The notes under the pieces: model-generated | The model's input: only the letters and a program-made list of their open reading frames with translations | What the model was told of the DNA's origin: nothing | Database searches by the model: none | Made by a program: the position numbers and the translations under genes | Part shown: piece after piece, positions 49,819 to 62,342 of the stretch | Numbering within the stretch: the stretch's first letter is position 1 | How the letters are laid out: every line of letters starts with the position of its first letter | NCBI GenBank assembly: GCA_051313645.2 | Contig: JBNRSN020000017.1 | Span: 19,840,001-19,904,000, forward strand | Direction: 5' to 3' | Length of the DNA stretch: 64,000 bases | DNA from: Centroscyllium fabricii | Lineage: Eukaryota

Positions 49819-50388
49819 CAGGTTCGACACCGTTAATCCAGAACGGTCAGGACCAGGCCGGTGCCGGGTTACTGAAAAGTCCAAACGAGTGAAGCTTCAG
49901 CGAGCGCATGCGCGGACCATTTAAAATGGCCACACGCATGCGCAGAACATTCAAAATGGCCGCAGCACGCGCAGACCAGTGCAAGTGGCCGCAGCGCACA
50001 GCACGGGATTGGAGCGCGCGATGGGGACACGCCCCGGAAGGTCGGGTGCGGTTGCAGCCACACTGTCGGGACACACCCCGGAAGGTCAGGCACGGTTGCA
50101 GCCACGCTGTCGGGACCACGCCCCGGAAGGGTGCGCGCAACCGGGCTCCGAGTGCGCATTCGGAAAAGACCCCGGGAGGGAGCCCGGTCCAACACTCCAC
50201 GGGGCTGGAGCATCAGAGACCTTCTCCATTTCAGGTACCCTGTACAGGGTTTTTGCACAAAGCGTGGGAAGCGGCTGCTCAGAACGCTGAAGAGCGCCGC
50301 TGCACATGCGCAGACCAGTCGGGGAGATTCGTGCCGGACAACTGAAGTTGCCGGATTACCGGTTTCCGGATTAACGGTGTCGGACCTG
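49819..50388. mobile_element. Tigger/pogo-like MITE, family copy G (44-bp internal repeat)
   Basis: caggttcgacaccgttaatcc ... ggattaacggtgtcggacctg|TA; units start at 50024, 50068, 50112. Confidence 0.88.
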
Positions 50389-51699
50389 TAGTTTAATTCC
50401 TTTAGATTGTTATATTTCAGAGTGTAAGAAAGCACATGTTGCAATTTGGTTATGTTTTTTCCAACTGCAACAGCAGATTCTCTAACAATGCTTTCACATT
50501 AGGCGAGTATGATTTACAACTGACATGCAGTTCCCCCTCAGTTAACAACACTTCCTGAAACAAACAAACTGATGTCCACCCAGCAGACATTAACACAGAC
50601 CAACATTTTGTCATCAGAATAATCTCTTCCTTCTGTGGCCTGCTAAACACACTGAACCAGTTCAGTGCATCTCCATGCTGGTGTCATGCCACAATGCAGC
50701 ACAGAGTGTGTGTGCAGGAATATATGGGACAAGCTCACATCAAAAATCAGCAATACCAATTTTAAGCCTTTAAGTTGAAAAGAAAATGCAACTCCACTGT
50801 CAATACATTTGGCGAACATAATTATTTAAATTGCTTTACGTTGTAATAGAAATGTACTCTTGAAGAAGTCATCAAATCAAAGACCTTTTACGAGAGCACC
50901 TCTAGGCTCCCATATGCAGGCAAGAAATTGTGAAAATGCCTCAAACCCTTCCAGCTTCACAAACAGGACCTGGAACCTAGTCAGTTCACAAACCCATGAA
51001 TCAGAATGGAGGCCAGAGCCTCCAAAATGACCCCACTAAACTCCCAAAGAAAGCCAACAGAGGCCCAGGAACACCCCACAGTCGTCCGTGCCACTCTGGA
51101 AAAACCTGCAGGGCCCATCAACCCTTTGCCCATTGCGATTCACTGTAAGAAAGATGTCATCAGACTAGGTCAGTTCCTCAACAGGGGATAGCTGGTGTCG
51201 AAATTCCTTCGCCCATAGCGTGACCAGTATCATTACAGTACGGTAACTCCACTCCTCAACCGACCCCATAAACACATCCCTAACCTTTTGCTCCCGTTAA
51301 CAAATCAGAAAACCAGATGGAGGCCTAGAAAGGAGACTTGGGTCACCAGATAGAAAAGGATTGGAGACAGATATGAAAGCAAGCCTTCACAACTACCACC
51401 TGTAGCAGAATACAAGAGGATCAGTTTAAGATAATGTATTGAGTGCCCTGCACTGTACAGCACAGATAGTTCAAAAATTCCACCCTCCCTGGAGGATAAA
51501 CCACTGAGGGAGTGGAGGTCAGAAATGCAGACTGCAACACATGTTCTGGTCAGATGTCTGGACAGGACTCCTGAAGGCCACAGAGAACATGATGGGACTG
51601 AATTCCTGCAGGCTGAGCCTGTGCCTATTGGACTTATCCTCAAAATAAAACAAAAGTTCCTCTACCAATTCTTAAGCTGATGTCACTACTATCCACAAG

Positions 51700-52395
51700 C
51701 TGATGCCACTACTATCCACCCCCATCTTCATCCAAGGGGCTGAGGTGGAAAGGGTGTCCAGCTTCAAGTTCCTCGGGGTCCACATCTCGGAAGACCTCTC
51801 CTGGTCACTAAACACCTCCTCTCTGGTTAAGAAGGCCCAACAGCGCCTGTACTTCCTAAGGAAGCTGAAAAAAGCCAAGCTGTCATCCGGCATCCTCTCC
51901 AATTTCTACCGCTGCACAATCGAAAGCATACTGACAAGCTGCATCACAGTCTGGTATGGAAATTGCACCATCTTGGACCGGAAGACCCTGCAGTGGGTAG
52001 TCAAAACTGCCCAACGAATCACCGGTACCCAGCTACCGTCAATTGAAAGCATCTACCTCAAACGCTGCCTACGGAGGTCTCTGAACATTATTAAAGACCC
52101 CACACACCCCAGCCACAGTCTGTTCGCCCCCCTGCCCTCCGGGAGACGCTACAGATCAATTCGCACCCGCACGACTAGATTTAAGAACAGCTTCTTCCCC
52201 AGGGCTGTCAGCCTCCTGAACTCTATATAAAAAAAACAACTCCGGTACCTGCACACCTGAAAATGTACTTTACTGTATGCAATTTGCATGTAATTTATTT
52301 GCACTACTCTCGGGAGCGTCGAGTCTTCGTCTCGTTGTATTGTACTAGTACTCTGCAATGACAATAAAACTTGAATTGAATTTAATTGAATTGAA
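51700..52395 (+). mobile_element. Rex1/Babar LINE, 5'-truncated 3' end
   Basis: Uninterrupted ORF 51703..52230 VERVSSFKFLGVHISEDLSW...KKAQQRLYFLRKL...FYRCTIESILT...RFKNSFFPRA; aataaa followed by ttgaa repeats. Confidence 0.92.
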
Positions 52396-52625
52396 GATGT
52401 ATTCTCCCTCCCCACAAACAAACATGTGGGTGAAATACTTGTGGGACCAGTCAGCATGGGAACGTATGGAGCCTCTCTGGAAGCGCCAAGCAATCCGGAA
52501 TCCTACTTTACCCAGATCTCCTCACCCACACTGTACCACAAGAAAGAAATAATGGATCAGCTTGGAAAGCATACAAGTTGTTGTCGTATGGCTTGGAGAC
52601 AACCGGGGAAGAGGAAAGAAATAAT

Positions 52626-53433
52626 GGGGGGGACTTTGCCGGAAGCGCGGGAACCTGGTGGGGATTGGTCTGGGCGGGTACCTGTCCCGCCCGCCCACCC
52701 AAACACCTGGGTAGGCCACGCAATTTTAATTTAATTGGGTTGTTAAATCCCCGGCGGCGGCAGCGGATGGTAATTAACTCAATCGAGTGGGGCTGCGAGG
52801 AGTTTGATTGACAGTTCCAGCACTGGTTGTTGACAGTTCCCATGGAAACACTCCACTGTGACATCACAGTCGAGTGGAACCAATGGGAAAGGTCAAGTAC
52901 TGGTGACTGGCATGTGGGCGGGCGGGCTCCGAATCCTTGACAGCTCGCACTGGCTGTGAGCAAATGTGCAAAGCTGAGATTTCTCGGTTTTTGCTCACAG
53001 CTGGTGCAGCCAATATGGAGTAACTTACTCCTCTAAGGTTCTGGAGGCATGCCAAGCATTTGGCAGCATGTCCTTCACACCTTGAAGGAGAAAGTAATAA
53101 GCAGCGCTGTGCTCCCGCTGGGTTTCACCCAGCGGGGTTTCACCCAGCGGGGTTTAAGGTGACGGGGTTAGGGTGGGAAACAGCTCAAAATGGCTGAGGG
53201 CCCTTAAAATGGCATTAAACATACCAATTAAGGGCCCTTAACGATGTGACAACCCATCCCCACCGGTCGGCGGCGGGAAGGTTTCGGGGCGGGTAATCAG
53301 GGCGGGGGAAAATGAGAAAGCGGCGGGGATCCGGAGGTGGGGGGGGGGGGGGGGGTCGCGACCCACCGGTTGCGCTATTTTGCCGGCCTAGCTACCGAAA
53401 ACCCCGCCTCATGGGGACATGAAAATCCCCCCC
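52626..53433. mobile_element. Harbinger-like MITE, cluster copy 2
   Basis: gggggggacttt ... aaaatccccccc; homologous to the 48390 copy. Confidence 0.8.
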
Positions 53434-54814
53434 ATAGTGGGGCTCATTTTATTGCAAAAAAACCACACAACATAAAATTGATACTTGTATGCTTACAAAG
53501 CACTGTAGGTGATTCAGTTACAAAATCTAATTATTATTTCTATGTCTGCTTGTGCCTAATGCAATCCAAAACAACAACTAATTCAAGTTAGATCAGTCTT
53601 GGGTGGTTGGAGTTTTCATACCAGGTACAATAGTTAGGTAAACATGAACAAAATGTATCACTAACTTTTGAAGAGCTTCTGATACGTTTACCCATAATAG
53701 AAAATCTCACTCCATTAACAAGGTTACCACATTTCTCTCAATATAATGCACCTTCTTGCCATGCAATAACAAAGATTATTTTTCAAGTTGGCAGTTGTAC
53801 AGCACTGGAAACATTAGTCAACCATGGAGAACATCACAGTTAAGCCCAATCCTGCTCGCAGCGCACCTTTGTTGTTGGTAGATGAAGCAGGTATAAATAG
53901 AAGATCTGTTTGTAGCCGTTGCCAAAATTCACCTTGGTTTCTATGCAAAGTTGGCCACTCCCAAATGATGTCAAAATATCCTCACACAAACAAAGTTGTT
54001 ATTCATATAGTGTCCTCAAACAATACACGTCTATATTCAGCACTGCCCTCTGAAGACAAAAACCAATGACATTCCAAAGTGTATGTTGTAATAAACCGTG
54101 AACAAGGAAGGACACATCAGAGTAGATTTTTAAGCTACAATGGTTGCTGTAGGCTGTGATGTGTAGACAGGTAGGTCTGGGTCTTAACCTTATTCCTGGC
54201 TGCCATTTGCACTTGGGCTTCTCTCGGATTTTACCTGGGTCACTGCCATAACTAAGCAGAGGTGTCAATGATGAAAAGAAAAAGGAAGGGGTGGTAGGAA
54301 ATCGTGTTTCCCCTGGGGTCACACTTCACCTACAATTAAGATCAGGATCGGAGTGGCTCCTTGGGATGTAAATTAGAGTTTCATTGATGGGCTTAAATGT
54401 TTTTTTTTAATGAATATATAGACAGACGTATATTTGACACATTTTTTATCTCGGTTTACCTAGTGGTGCTAAAGAAAGACTTATTTAGTTCAACTTATTT
54501 CGTCCCTTATCATCCACTGGTCAGTCACTGAAAAGGCAGCTGGGTGATCTGCCGAGATCTCCAGGATTTTGTTTGATTTGCTCTTTATTGGGCACTGGGC
54601 CGTGCATTACAACAAAGATGGCCAGCTGGCCAACATTCATACCAACACTAGAAACTAAGGCTGTGATTCAAACCAAGGTCTCCCAGGCTGAAGCAGAATA
54701 CAGTTATGCATATTTTCCTTAAAGCAGAGCTGAAATTAAGCTATGAGCAACAACTCTGGCATTTTATTTCATACAATATAAATTACATTACATCACACAA
54801 AACTGGGAATAAAT

Positions 54815-55126
54815 GGGGGGGGTGATTTTGCCGGTATCACCCAGCGGGGTTTAAGGTGACGGGGTTAGGGTGGGACACGGCTCAAAATGGCTGAGGGCCC
54901 TTAAAATGGCATTAAACATGCCAATTAAAGGCCCTTAACGAGGTGACAACCCATCCCTGCCGGCCGCCGACGGTAAGGTTTCGGGGCAGGGAATCCGGGC
55001 GGGGGAAAATGATAAAGCGACGAGGATCCGGCGGGGGGAGGGGGGGGTCGCGACCCACTGGTTGCGCTATTTTGCCGGCCGAGCCGCCAAAAACCCCACC
55101 TCACGGGGACATGAAATTCCCCCCCC
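54815..55126. mobile_element. Harbinger-like MITE, cluster copy 3 (internal deletion)
   Basis: Left TIR joined directly to the right third of the 52626 copy (cacccagcggggtttaaggtgacgggg...). Confidence 0.8.
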
Positions 55127-55472
55127 AAACATGCTACATAGGAAAATAGGTAAGACTTGATCTTAAGTGGCATTGATTAAATGAAGAGTACTGCAGCTGC
55201 AAAGCGTGCAGAACCAGAAAGGCTTTGCATGGTTTTTCCATTACCTCCCTTGTGACTTGCAAATCAAATATATTTGAAAATTTTAATATTCCTGTTTTAA
55301 AAAATAAATTAAATTGTCTTATTTTGCTATGGACACATCCTGAAAACAGTATAAAAGCCAGAACCGTTTAACATTACCTCAGTAATTATATATATACATT
55401 TTTTTTAAAGAGTTCTATTAAAATCCCTGTTTGTATGCTTTTACTTGCAACTCTAAAAATAGCACTACATAT

Positions 55473-56250
55473 TGACCCAGTCTTTCCGATGATCGCATAT
55501 TGATTTGGAGCCGGGTGTAAGCGCACCCGAGCTCCAAATCGCACGGAGCAGCCGTTTGCAGCTGCTCCATGCATTTCCGAAGGTGGCCAGCAAGGGGGGG
55601 GGGGGGGGTAGAGCTGCTGCGAGGAGGATTGTACACGCCTGCGCACCACGGGGTGCGCAGTAAACTTCCTTTTTTTTCCCCCCAAGAGTTTTTCACGGGG
55701 TAAGTAGCGAAGATTTTACGCTTGAAAATACCAGACGTAAGCACCCGTTTTTAGCAGGTAAGTGTTTATTTTATAGATTTTAAGTATTGTTCTTACAGGT
55801 TTTTTAATTGTTTAAACTTTAAAGACAGGTAAGTATTCTTTTAGGCCTGTTAAAGACTGTAAAAAAAAGTCTAAACTTTTATTTTTTCTTTAAAATAGGT
55901 AATTTATGTTAGTTGGAGTACGGTTAAAAAAATGTGGCGTTTTGTAAATTTTATTTTGGAGTTTAGATGTGTTTTGGAAGATCTCTCTTTTCAAAAGTTA
56001 CACAGATTTCTCCGTGTAAGTTTTGAATGGAGGATTGCTTCCAATGATTGGCTCCCTGCCGATCACGTGGTCTCGTGCGAGATTTCAAATTAATTACGCC
56101 CTTCAGTTGCACCAGCAGCTCGCACAGAGCTTTCACAAGCTGTACAACTCGGGAGTTCACAGTGCAAAATTTCAAGACGCCAGAAGTGCTGGGTAAGTGC
56201 AAATAGGAGCCCTGCACTCGCACAAAGGCTCCAAGGCTAATTTCTGGCCC
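55473..56250. mobile_element. Degenerate Harbinger-like MITE
   Basis: Right end aatttctggccc|aat; architecture resembles 40231-40986; left boundary approximate. Confidence 0.5.
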
Positions 56251-57503
56251 AATGCTATCACTGAGCACTGATATCACATGCCCAGTAGAGAACTGCAGGT
56301 GCAAAAGGAGTCAGATTAGCAGTGCACGAGGTGCCTTAGTGGTTCCAGTAAGCACACACTACCTGAAACACATAGCTGCGGAGACGCAAGAGATGAAACT
56401 CTGACTTTCAACCCGTACTGTGCGGAGGTAACGTGCATCAGGCTTCACAAAAACATGCTTTGAATAAAATAAAGACCAGCGTTTGTAGTACTGGAGAAGT
56501 TTTGAAAGCACAACCTGTGGGCACGGTGTCATAACGCTTTACCAGAAAACTGCTTTGTTCCCATCCACTCCAGTGTCAAAACTGCTGACAAACATTTTTA
56601 GCCAGTAATGCTCAGCAAAATTTATATCAGAAGGTGCTGGCACAAATTAAACAGCTCAAGTGAATTTCAGTGTTGTGCTGCAGGTGGTGAAAATCAATTA
56701 TTCCACATCAATACCAGCCCATACTTTGCGAAATAAACTGGAGCTTTCTACCATTAAAACAACAAATTCTGAGACCATACTTGAAGGTTCTGCAGATAGA
56801 AATAACAAGTTGAACTTCATTTAAAAAAAAGTTAGCCACCAAACTGCATTTGCACAGGTTAAAAGTCAGACTGTCCTTTCGGGTGCCAAAGACATGACAC
56901 CACAAAACCATTCTTGTTTCCTTTTTTTGAAAATATATATCTTCAAAGAAAGGCCTTGAAAGTAGGGAGACACACTCCCAACCTTGTGTCCTCCGCTGGT
57001 GAAGCAAGGAATGTGAAATTGCGGGATGTGTTTTCAGTAGTTCCGATGGCTGATGAGGCTCCAATTTGTTTTCAATAGATACTAATGGTGGGCGAGCAGG
57101 GGAAAGCAGAGTTCACACATCGAGGTGTTTTTTGTATGTGATCATTCCTCCCAACACTGCTGCAGAGAACAGCAATTTTGCCAATTTGGTGCACTAGATG
57201 CAGCATTGTGGCTTCATTATTGCTGGAGCACCACGATCCCACGAAAACACCAAGAAAGTGTTTCTCGGTTGGAACTGACGTGCAAGTTATGCACCTACTC
57301 TGAATCAGCATTAAAAAAAGGGTTCAATAAAGAGCACACAACAGTAATTAAGTTTTGAACTGCATTGTGTGCATGAATGGTTAAAACCAAATTCAAATCA
57401 ATTTGGCAAATAAACAGTTCTAATTCTGGAATGTCTGCTTGCTGCACATTGCACTTAGACGGAGAGTATTATACAGCATCAATGCACAGTGTAAAGGAAG
57501 ATA

Positions 57504-57714
57504 GAAACATAGAAGATAGGAGCAGGAGTAGGCCATTCGGCCCTTCGAGCCTGCTCCGCCATTCAATGAGATCATGGCTGATCATCCAAACCCTGCACCC
57601 CGCCCCTGCCCTCTCCCCATATCCCTCGATCCCCATCGAGCCTGTACCGACACACGTCCCACCCTATCCCCGTAACCCCACATACTGAATCCCCCTAATA
57701 CTAAGGGTCTTATA
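57504..57714 (-). mobile_element. 5'-truncated HE1-type SINE with a 19-bp TSD
   Basis: cacagtgtaaaggaagata at 57485-57503 and 57715-57733. Confidence 0.9.
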
Positions 57715-59015
57715 CACAGTGTAAAGGAAGATATATTTAATAATGTATGTCCTCTATCTCCAGGCACAGCTTCAGAGAGAATATTTTTCAAGACCACGTT
57801 GCTTCCAATTCAATGCCTTATTTGTCTTAAATCACGCCAGATTCTGGAAAGGATGAATTCAGCTGCAATAATTACCCCACTTGGTTGGTTCACCTGGAAT
57901 CTCAAATCTCACTTTCTCAAAAGGGTACCAAAAAAATGAAAATATTAAAATAATTCAATATTCTAGCAGCCTGAAGGGAATTACCTTCCCCTAAAAAATA
58001 CTGCCATCATCTCTTGGCCATTTTGGTGAATGGCATCTTAAGTCTCTATTTAGCATCTACACATCATTTCTTCACTGAGCTTGTTTTGATAGTTCTTGCA
58101 GTAGCTTCTGCTGGCTGGAATTCCCAATGAAAATCAGTACAGTATGCTGCTGACATCACGCCACCTATACCCGGCAAATTGCAAAGCTCCACGTCTCATT
58201 CATTTCAACAACGGAATCATTACCCTTATAAAGGCAGCTTATTGTTGATAGCTGTGCGTCTTCTGTTTAAGAGTAGCGTATAGACTACGTATACTTTATA
58301 AAATCACACCCCACCCCACAAAAAGAATCGGGTGATATCCTTCCCTTGTGGAGATTATTTTAATTTGTTCTGCTAAAGATGCAAAACACACTGTGCCTGC
58401 CTGCACATAACATCAGGAGAGTCAACGTTCATTTTTTTTGGTTAAATATCAGATCGACAATACAGAAATGTATACAAGCTGTACAGTCATTCCCACCACC
58501 CCCCCAATCCACATTTCTTCTGGAAGATTATGCATGTGACATTACTGGACCAGTATGTTCACTTCCCAAAGGTCCCAGGTGTTTCAACGTCAACATTATC
58601 ATATGTCCATACACTGGGCACCCAGATAGTGCTGGCAAAGATCAGGAAGTACTTTAGACACTTGTCTTGTTGGGCTACTTGCCCCCTCAAACTCGAGTTT
58701 GTAAACTATCACTCCAGTTCTCACAGTGAGAAGAAGCGATTATTACTGGGAACTTGACTATCGCAGCTTTCCTTATACCAAGGCAAGAGGGATCAGAGGC
58801 ATGGAACGGGCAGAAGCAGCAAAATGGGGAAATTATCTTCTCCCAGCGTGGAGTCTCACTCAGCAGGAGCATAGCTCTGAGAATCAATAATGAACGCTCA
58901 AAGCCCAATTTGCTTTTAGAAAAAAAAAAAGAGTCCTGCAAATGGCCCACGCTGACTACAGGTTCAACTTTTCAATCTGCACTCCTATCAAGAGAGACTC
59001 TGGAGAGGAAGCAGA

Positions 59016-59746
59016 GGGGGAGATTTTCCTGGAGGTGCGGGAACCTGGCGGGGATTGGTTGGGGTGGGTTCCTGACCCACCCGGCCAATGGCCTGGGAAG
59101 CCCACACTCTTTTCGCCTAATCATTCAATTAAATCCCCGCGTGCCTCTGGTAAGTGCAGCAGTCCAGTCGCCAATTTTGGCACTGAAACGGCATTCCAGG
59201 AGGCTGTCAGGCAAATGCGGCAACTGTTTGTTTACAGTTCCCATGGAAACACCCCACTGTAACATCACAGTAGAGTGGAATCAATGGGAGAGGTCAAGTG
59301 CTGTTGAGTGACAGGTGGCCGGGCAGGCTTCAAATCTTTGACAGGAAGGCAGCATCTGTCACTGGAGCTGGGAAGGTAAGTTTTCTAAGGTTTTCCCCAC
59401 AGCTGGTGTTGACACAAGGGAGTGACTTACTCCTCCAGGGTGGTGAAGGCCTGGGAAGCATTTTGCTGTAGGTCCTTCAACACCTTGAAGGAGAAAGTTA
59501 GCAACACCATTGTGATACCGCTGGGTTTCACGAGCGGGGTTTGCAGCTGCTGGGAAATGGGTGAAAATGGCTAAGGGCCCTTAAAATGGCATTACAGATG
59601 CCAATTAAGGGCCCTTAATGAGCTGACCAACCGGCTGGCCGCCGGCGGGAAAGATTCGGGGCGGGGGAAATGCTAAAGCGGCGGGGATCTGGCTGGGGGG
59701 GGGGGGGGGGGGGTGGTCGCGACCCACCGGCTCCGATATTTTGCCC
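59016..59746. mobile_element. Harbinger-like MITE, cluster copy 4 (shortened right end)
   Basis: aga|gggggagatttt ... atattttgccc|aga; homologous to the 48390 copy. Confidence 0.78.
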
Positions 59747-59876
59747 AGAGGTTCCAAAAATGTACCAATGAAATAAAATCTGAGAGTTCAAAAGACTACC
59801 TGCCTCTAACAGCATCTCCAAGCTACATGCACTGCAAACCCTAGATACCATTTAAAGGGAGTCCTGCATTTAGTTA

Positions 59877-60016
59877 GAAGGAAAGACTTGCATTTTTATA
59901 GCGCCTCTCAGAACCTCATGACGTTCCAAAGCACTTTACAGCCAATAAAGTACTTTTGAAATGAAGTCACTATTGTAATGGAGGAAAACACGGCAGCCAA
60001 TATGTGCACAGCAAGG
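59877..60016 (-). mobile_element. DeuSINE/SacSINE1-like 3' fragment
   Basis: aaagacttgcattttatagcgcct...aaagcactttacagccaat...aagtacttttgaa...ggcagccaat; tail also seen at ~30695-30775(+). Confidence 0.55.
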
Positions 60017-60029
60017 CTATACAAGGCTA

Positions 60030-60727
60030 TGTACCAAATGCTGGTGTCCCCAGGGATCGTCTTGCTCCGGAAACACGTCAGGAGCCATAAGATGGACCCC
60101 CTCGTCGAAAGAGTCCAGCTCCTCCACGCAAACCCCCAATACGCCTATGTTGCGTATCCGGACGGGCGGGAGGACACCGTTTCTATTCAGGACCTCGCCC
60201 CCTCGGGGGCTCCCGATGCTGCCGAGCCCCGCCACCCCCCCCCCCACTTTTGCAACCCACCACCCCCCGGGAGGCGCCTGCGTCCGATCTTTCTCCCCTA
60301 GCCCCTGTACACTGCGCGCCGGATCCAAGGGCCCAGCCGCCAACCACCGACTGCCCCCATGCGGACGAAGACGTGGAACCAGCACCGCAGCCGGAGCCAC
60401 GACGATCACAGAGGCGTACCAGACCTCCTGAAAGACTCATGTACACTTGACTTTGTCTCACTTCACCCCGCTGGACTCATTTTTAAAGAAGGGGTGAATG
60501 TGGTAAACCACTATTTGTATATAAGTGCCTCTTGCCTGTGTGTATACATGCCCGGGCATGCCTGAAGCTGACTCCGCCCCTAGCCTACCTGATATAGGCC
60601 CAAGCTCTGGGAGCCTGGTTCATTACAAGGAGTCACCAGTCAGTCTAAGGATGTTCCAGGGTTCTTAGTGAATAAAAGCCTCAGTTGTATTCTCAACCTC
60701 GCCTTGAGTATAATTGATCGCATATCA
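60030..60727 (+). mobile_element. Gypsy LTR retrotransposon 3' end: integrase C-terminus, PPT and LTR (60499-60727)
   Basis: PGIVLLRKHVRSHKMDPLVERVQLLHANPQYAYVAYPDGREDTVSIQDLAP; PPT aaagaaggggtgaa; LTR tgtggtaaaccact...aataaaagcctc...taattgatcgcatatca. Confidence 0.85.
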
Positions 60728-60887
60728 CTTAGTTTCTTAGCTATTGCTGTCATCTGAGGCAGAACTTTCACAAGATGGAATGATGCCTGGAATCCACCAT
60801 CACTGGTAAAACAGGACTACAGACAGGTAGCACAAGTGATATTGAAATGAATACATTAGAAGATTTTAGATTTCGATAAACTCAGTA

Positions 60888-61288
60888 CAAGTTGAGCACT
60901 GTTAATCCGGCACCCTCGGGCCCAGGCCGGTGCCGGACCACTGAAAATTCTGAACCACTGAAGGTTCGGGGGGAGCGTGCGGTAGAACACTCCCCGGGGC
61001 CCGCGGGTAGAACACTCCTCGGGGCCCCGAGCGCGCAGTAGAACACTCCCCGGGGCCCGGAGCGGCGGTAGAACACTCCCTAGGAGGGAGCCTGGGGATA
61101 GAACACTTACAAAACCTATAAAAACAGAAACCCAAACGCCCGATGCCTTCGGCACTCGCCCACCCTTCGCCGGAAACAGTGGCGCCGCCAAGCAGCTGCT
61201 CCGCAAAATGAAGACCGCCAGTTTCCAATCGTGCCGGACCACTGAAGGTGCCGGACCAGCGGGTACCAGATTACCGGTGCTCAACCTG
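60888..61288. mobile_element. Tigger/pogo-like MITE, family copy H
   Basis: TA|caagttgagcactgttaatccgg ... ccagattaccggtgctcaacctg|TA; five tagaacact-anchored internal units. Confidence 0.85.
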
Positions 61289-61574
61289 TATTTGTATTGC
61301 AATGTTCTGTATTATATACAGGGAGTATCTGAATCCATTTTTTTAAGTATTATTTTTCAATAAAACACTTTTACTCATCAGGTGAGAAGAACATTTTTTA
61401 ATCCCAGTAAATCCCCAAGTAGAAGACTAGAATCTTGTTAATCTCCCGCTTTATTTCCCCGTTATGGAACATGGAGTCATGCAACAAAATTCAGCAGCAG
61501 TTCAGAGAAAATACATGAGGGGTCTGGGAACAAAAAAGGTACAAAGCGCTAAACTTTGAGGGAGAAATCGAATA

Positions 61575-62025
61575 CATTATGTGACCAACCTTGTGGTCTT
61601 TTTCTGAACTGCTTCCATAGACTGAATGTTTTAGTGACTAGAACTGAATGCAGTATTCAAGGCGCAGACTGATGAGAGCAATGTACAGTGGCAGCAGGAC
61701 AACCTCAGACTTGAACTCGACTGATTTGGCAATATAGCTCAGCATTCGGTTTGCTTTGCTAATGCTGCTCTGCAATGACTCAACATGGTCAGAATTAAGT
61801 CTATCTCTCCCAAATCTCTGAGTCCTTTCCCTTGTTGGTATGCATCATGTCATAAGTATTTCACGTCCCCATTTTTTCTTCCAATATCTAAGACTTTATT
61901 GCCATTGCATGTACTGAATTTCATCCGCCATAGTTCTGCCCTTACAAATAGTATCTAAATTCTTCTGTAATTCTTTGGTTACTTCATTAGAGTCTATTAT
62001 CATCTTAGTCTAGTATTATCTGCGA
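61575..62025 (-). mobile_element. Old degenerate CR1 fragment
   Basis: tgactagaactgaatgcagtattcaagg reads in reverse as LEYCIQF; decayed. Confidence 0.55.
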
Positions 62026-62342
62026 GTCTAACCAACCCAACCACCTTTTAAACCAGCTTTGACATTCAGTTATCCTCCCAGGGGAGTCAAACCCAAAAGC
62101 TGCAAGACTGCCTCCCCCCAGGGGTGTCTCAGCACTTCTTTTTGGAATTGGGGTGGGTCCTAATTCTGGAGGCATACTGACTGTCACCAGGAAATGGAAA
62201 CGGTTTTGTGGTAATGTTAAAGTTGCAGTATAAATGTATACTCAAGAGGCCTATTCTGCAGGAAAGTGCCTGTGTGTGGACAGCTGAGCACAGAATCTGG
62301 CTCAGCTGTGATGCCATCCATGATCAGTACCACACTGCATTG

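Noticed and set aside
53960-53995. Minus-strand GYFD as possible BAIAP2 exon 3
   Set aside because: Flanking residues (IIWEWP) do not match ALVKMGELA and splice sites do not fit; exons 1-3 appear to lie beyond the window.
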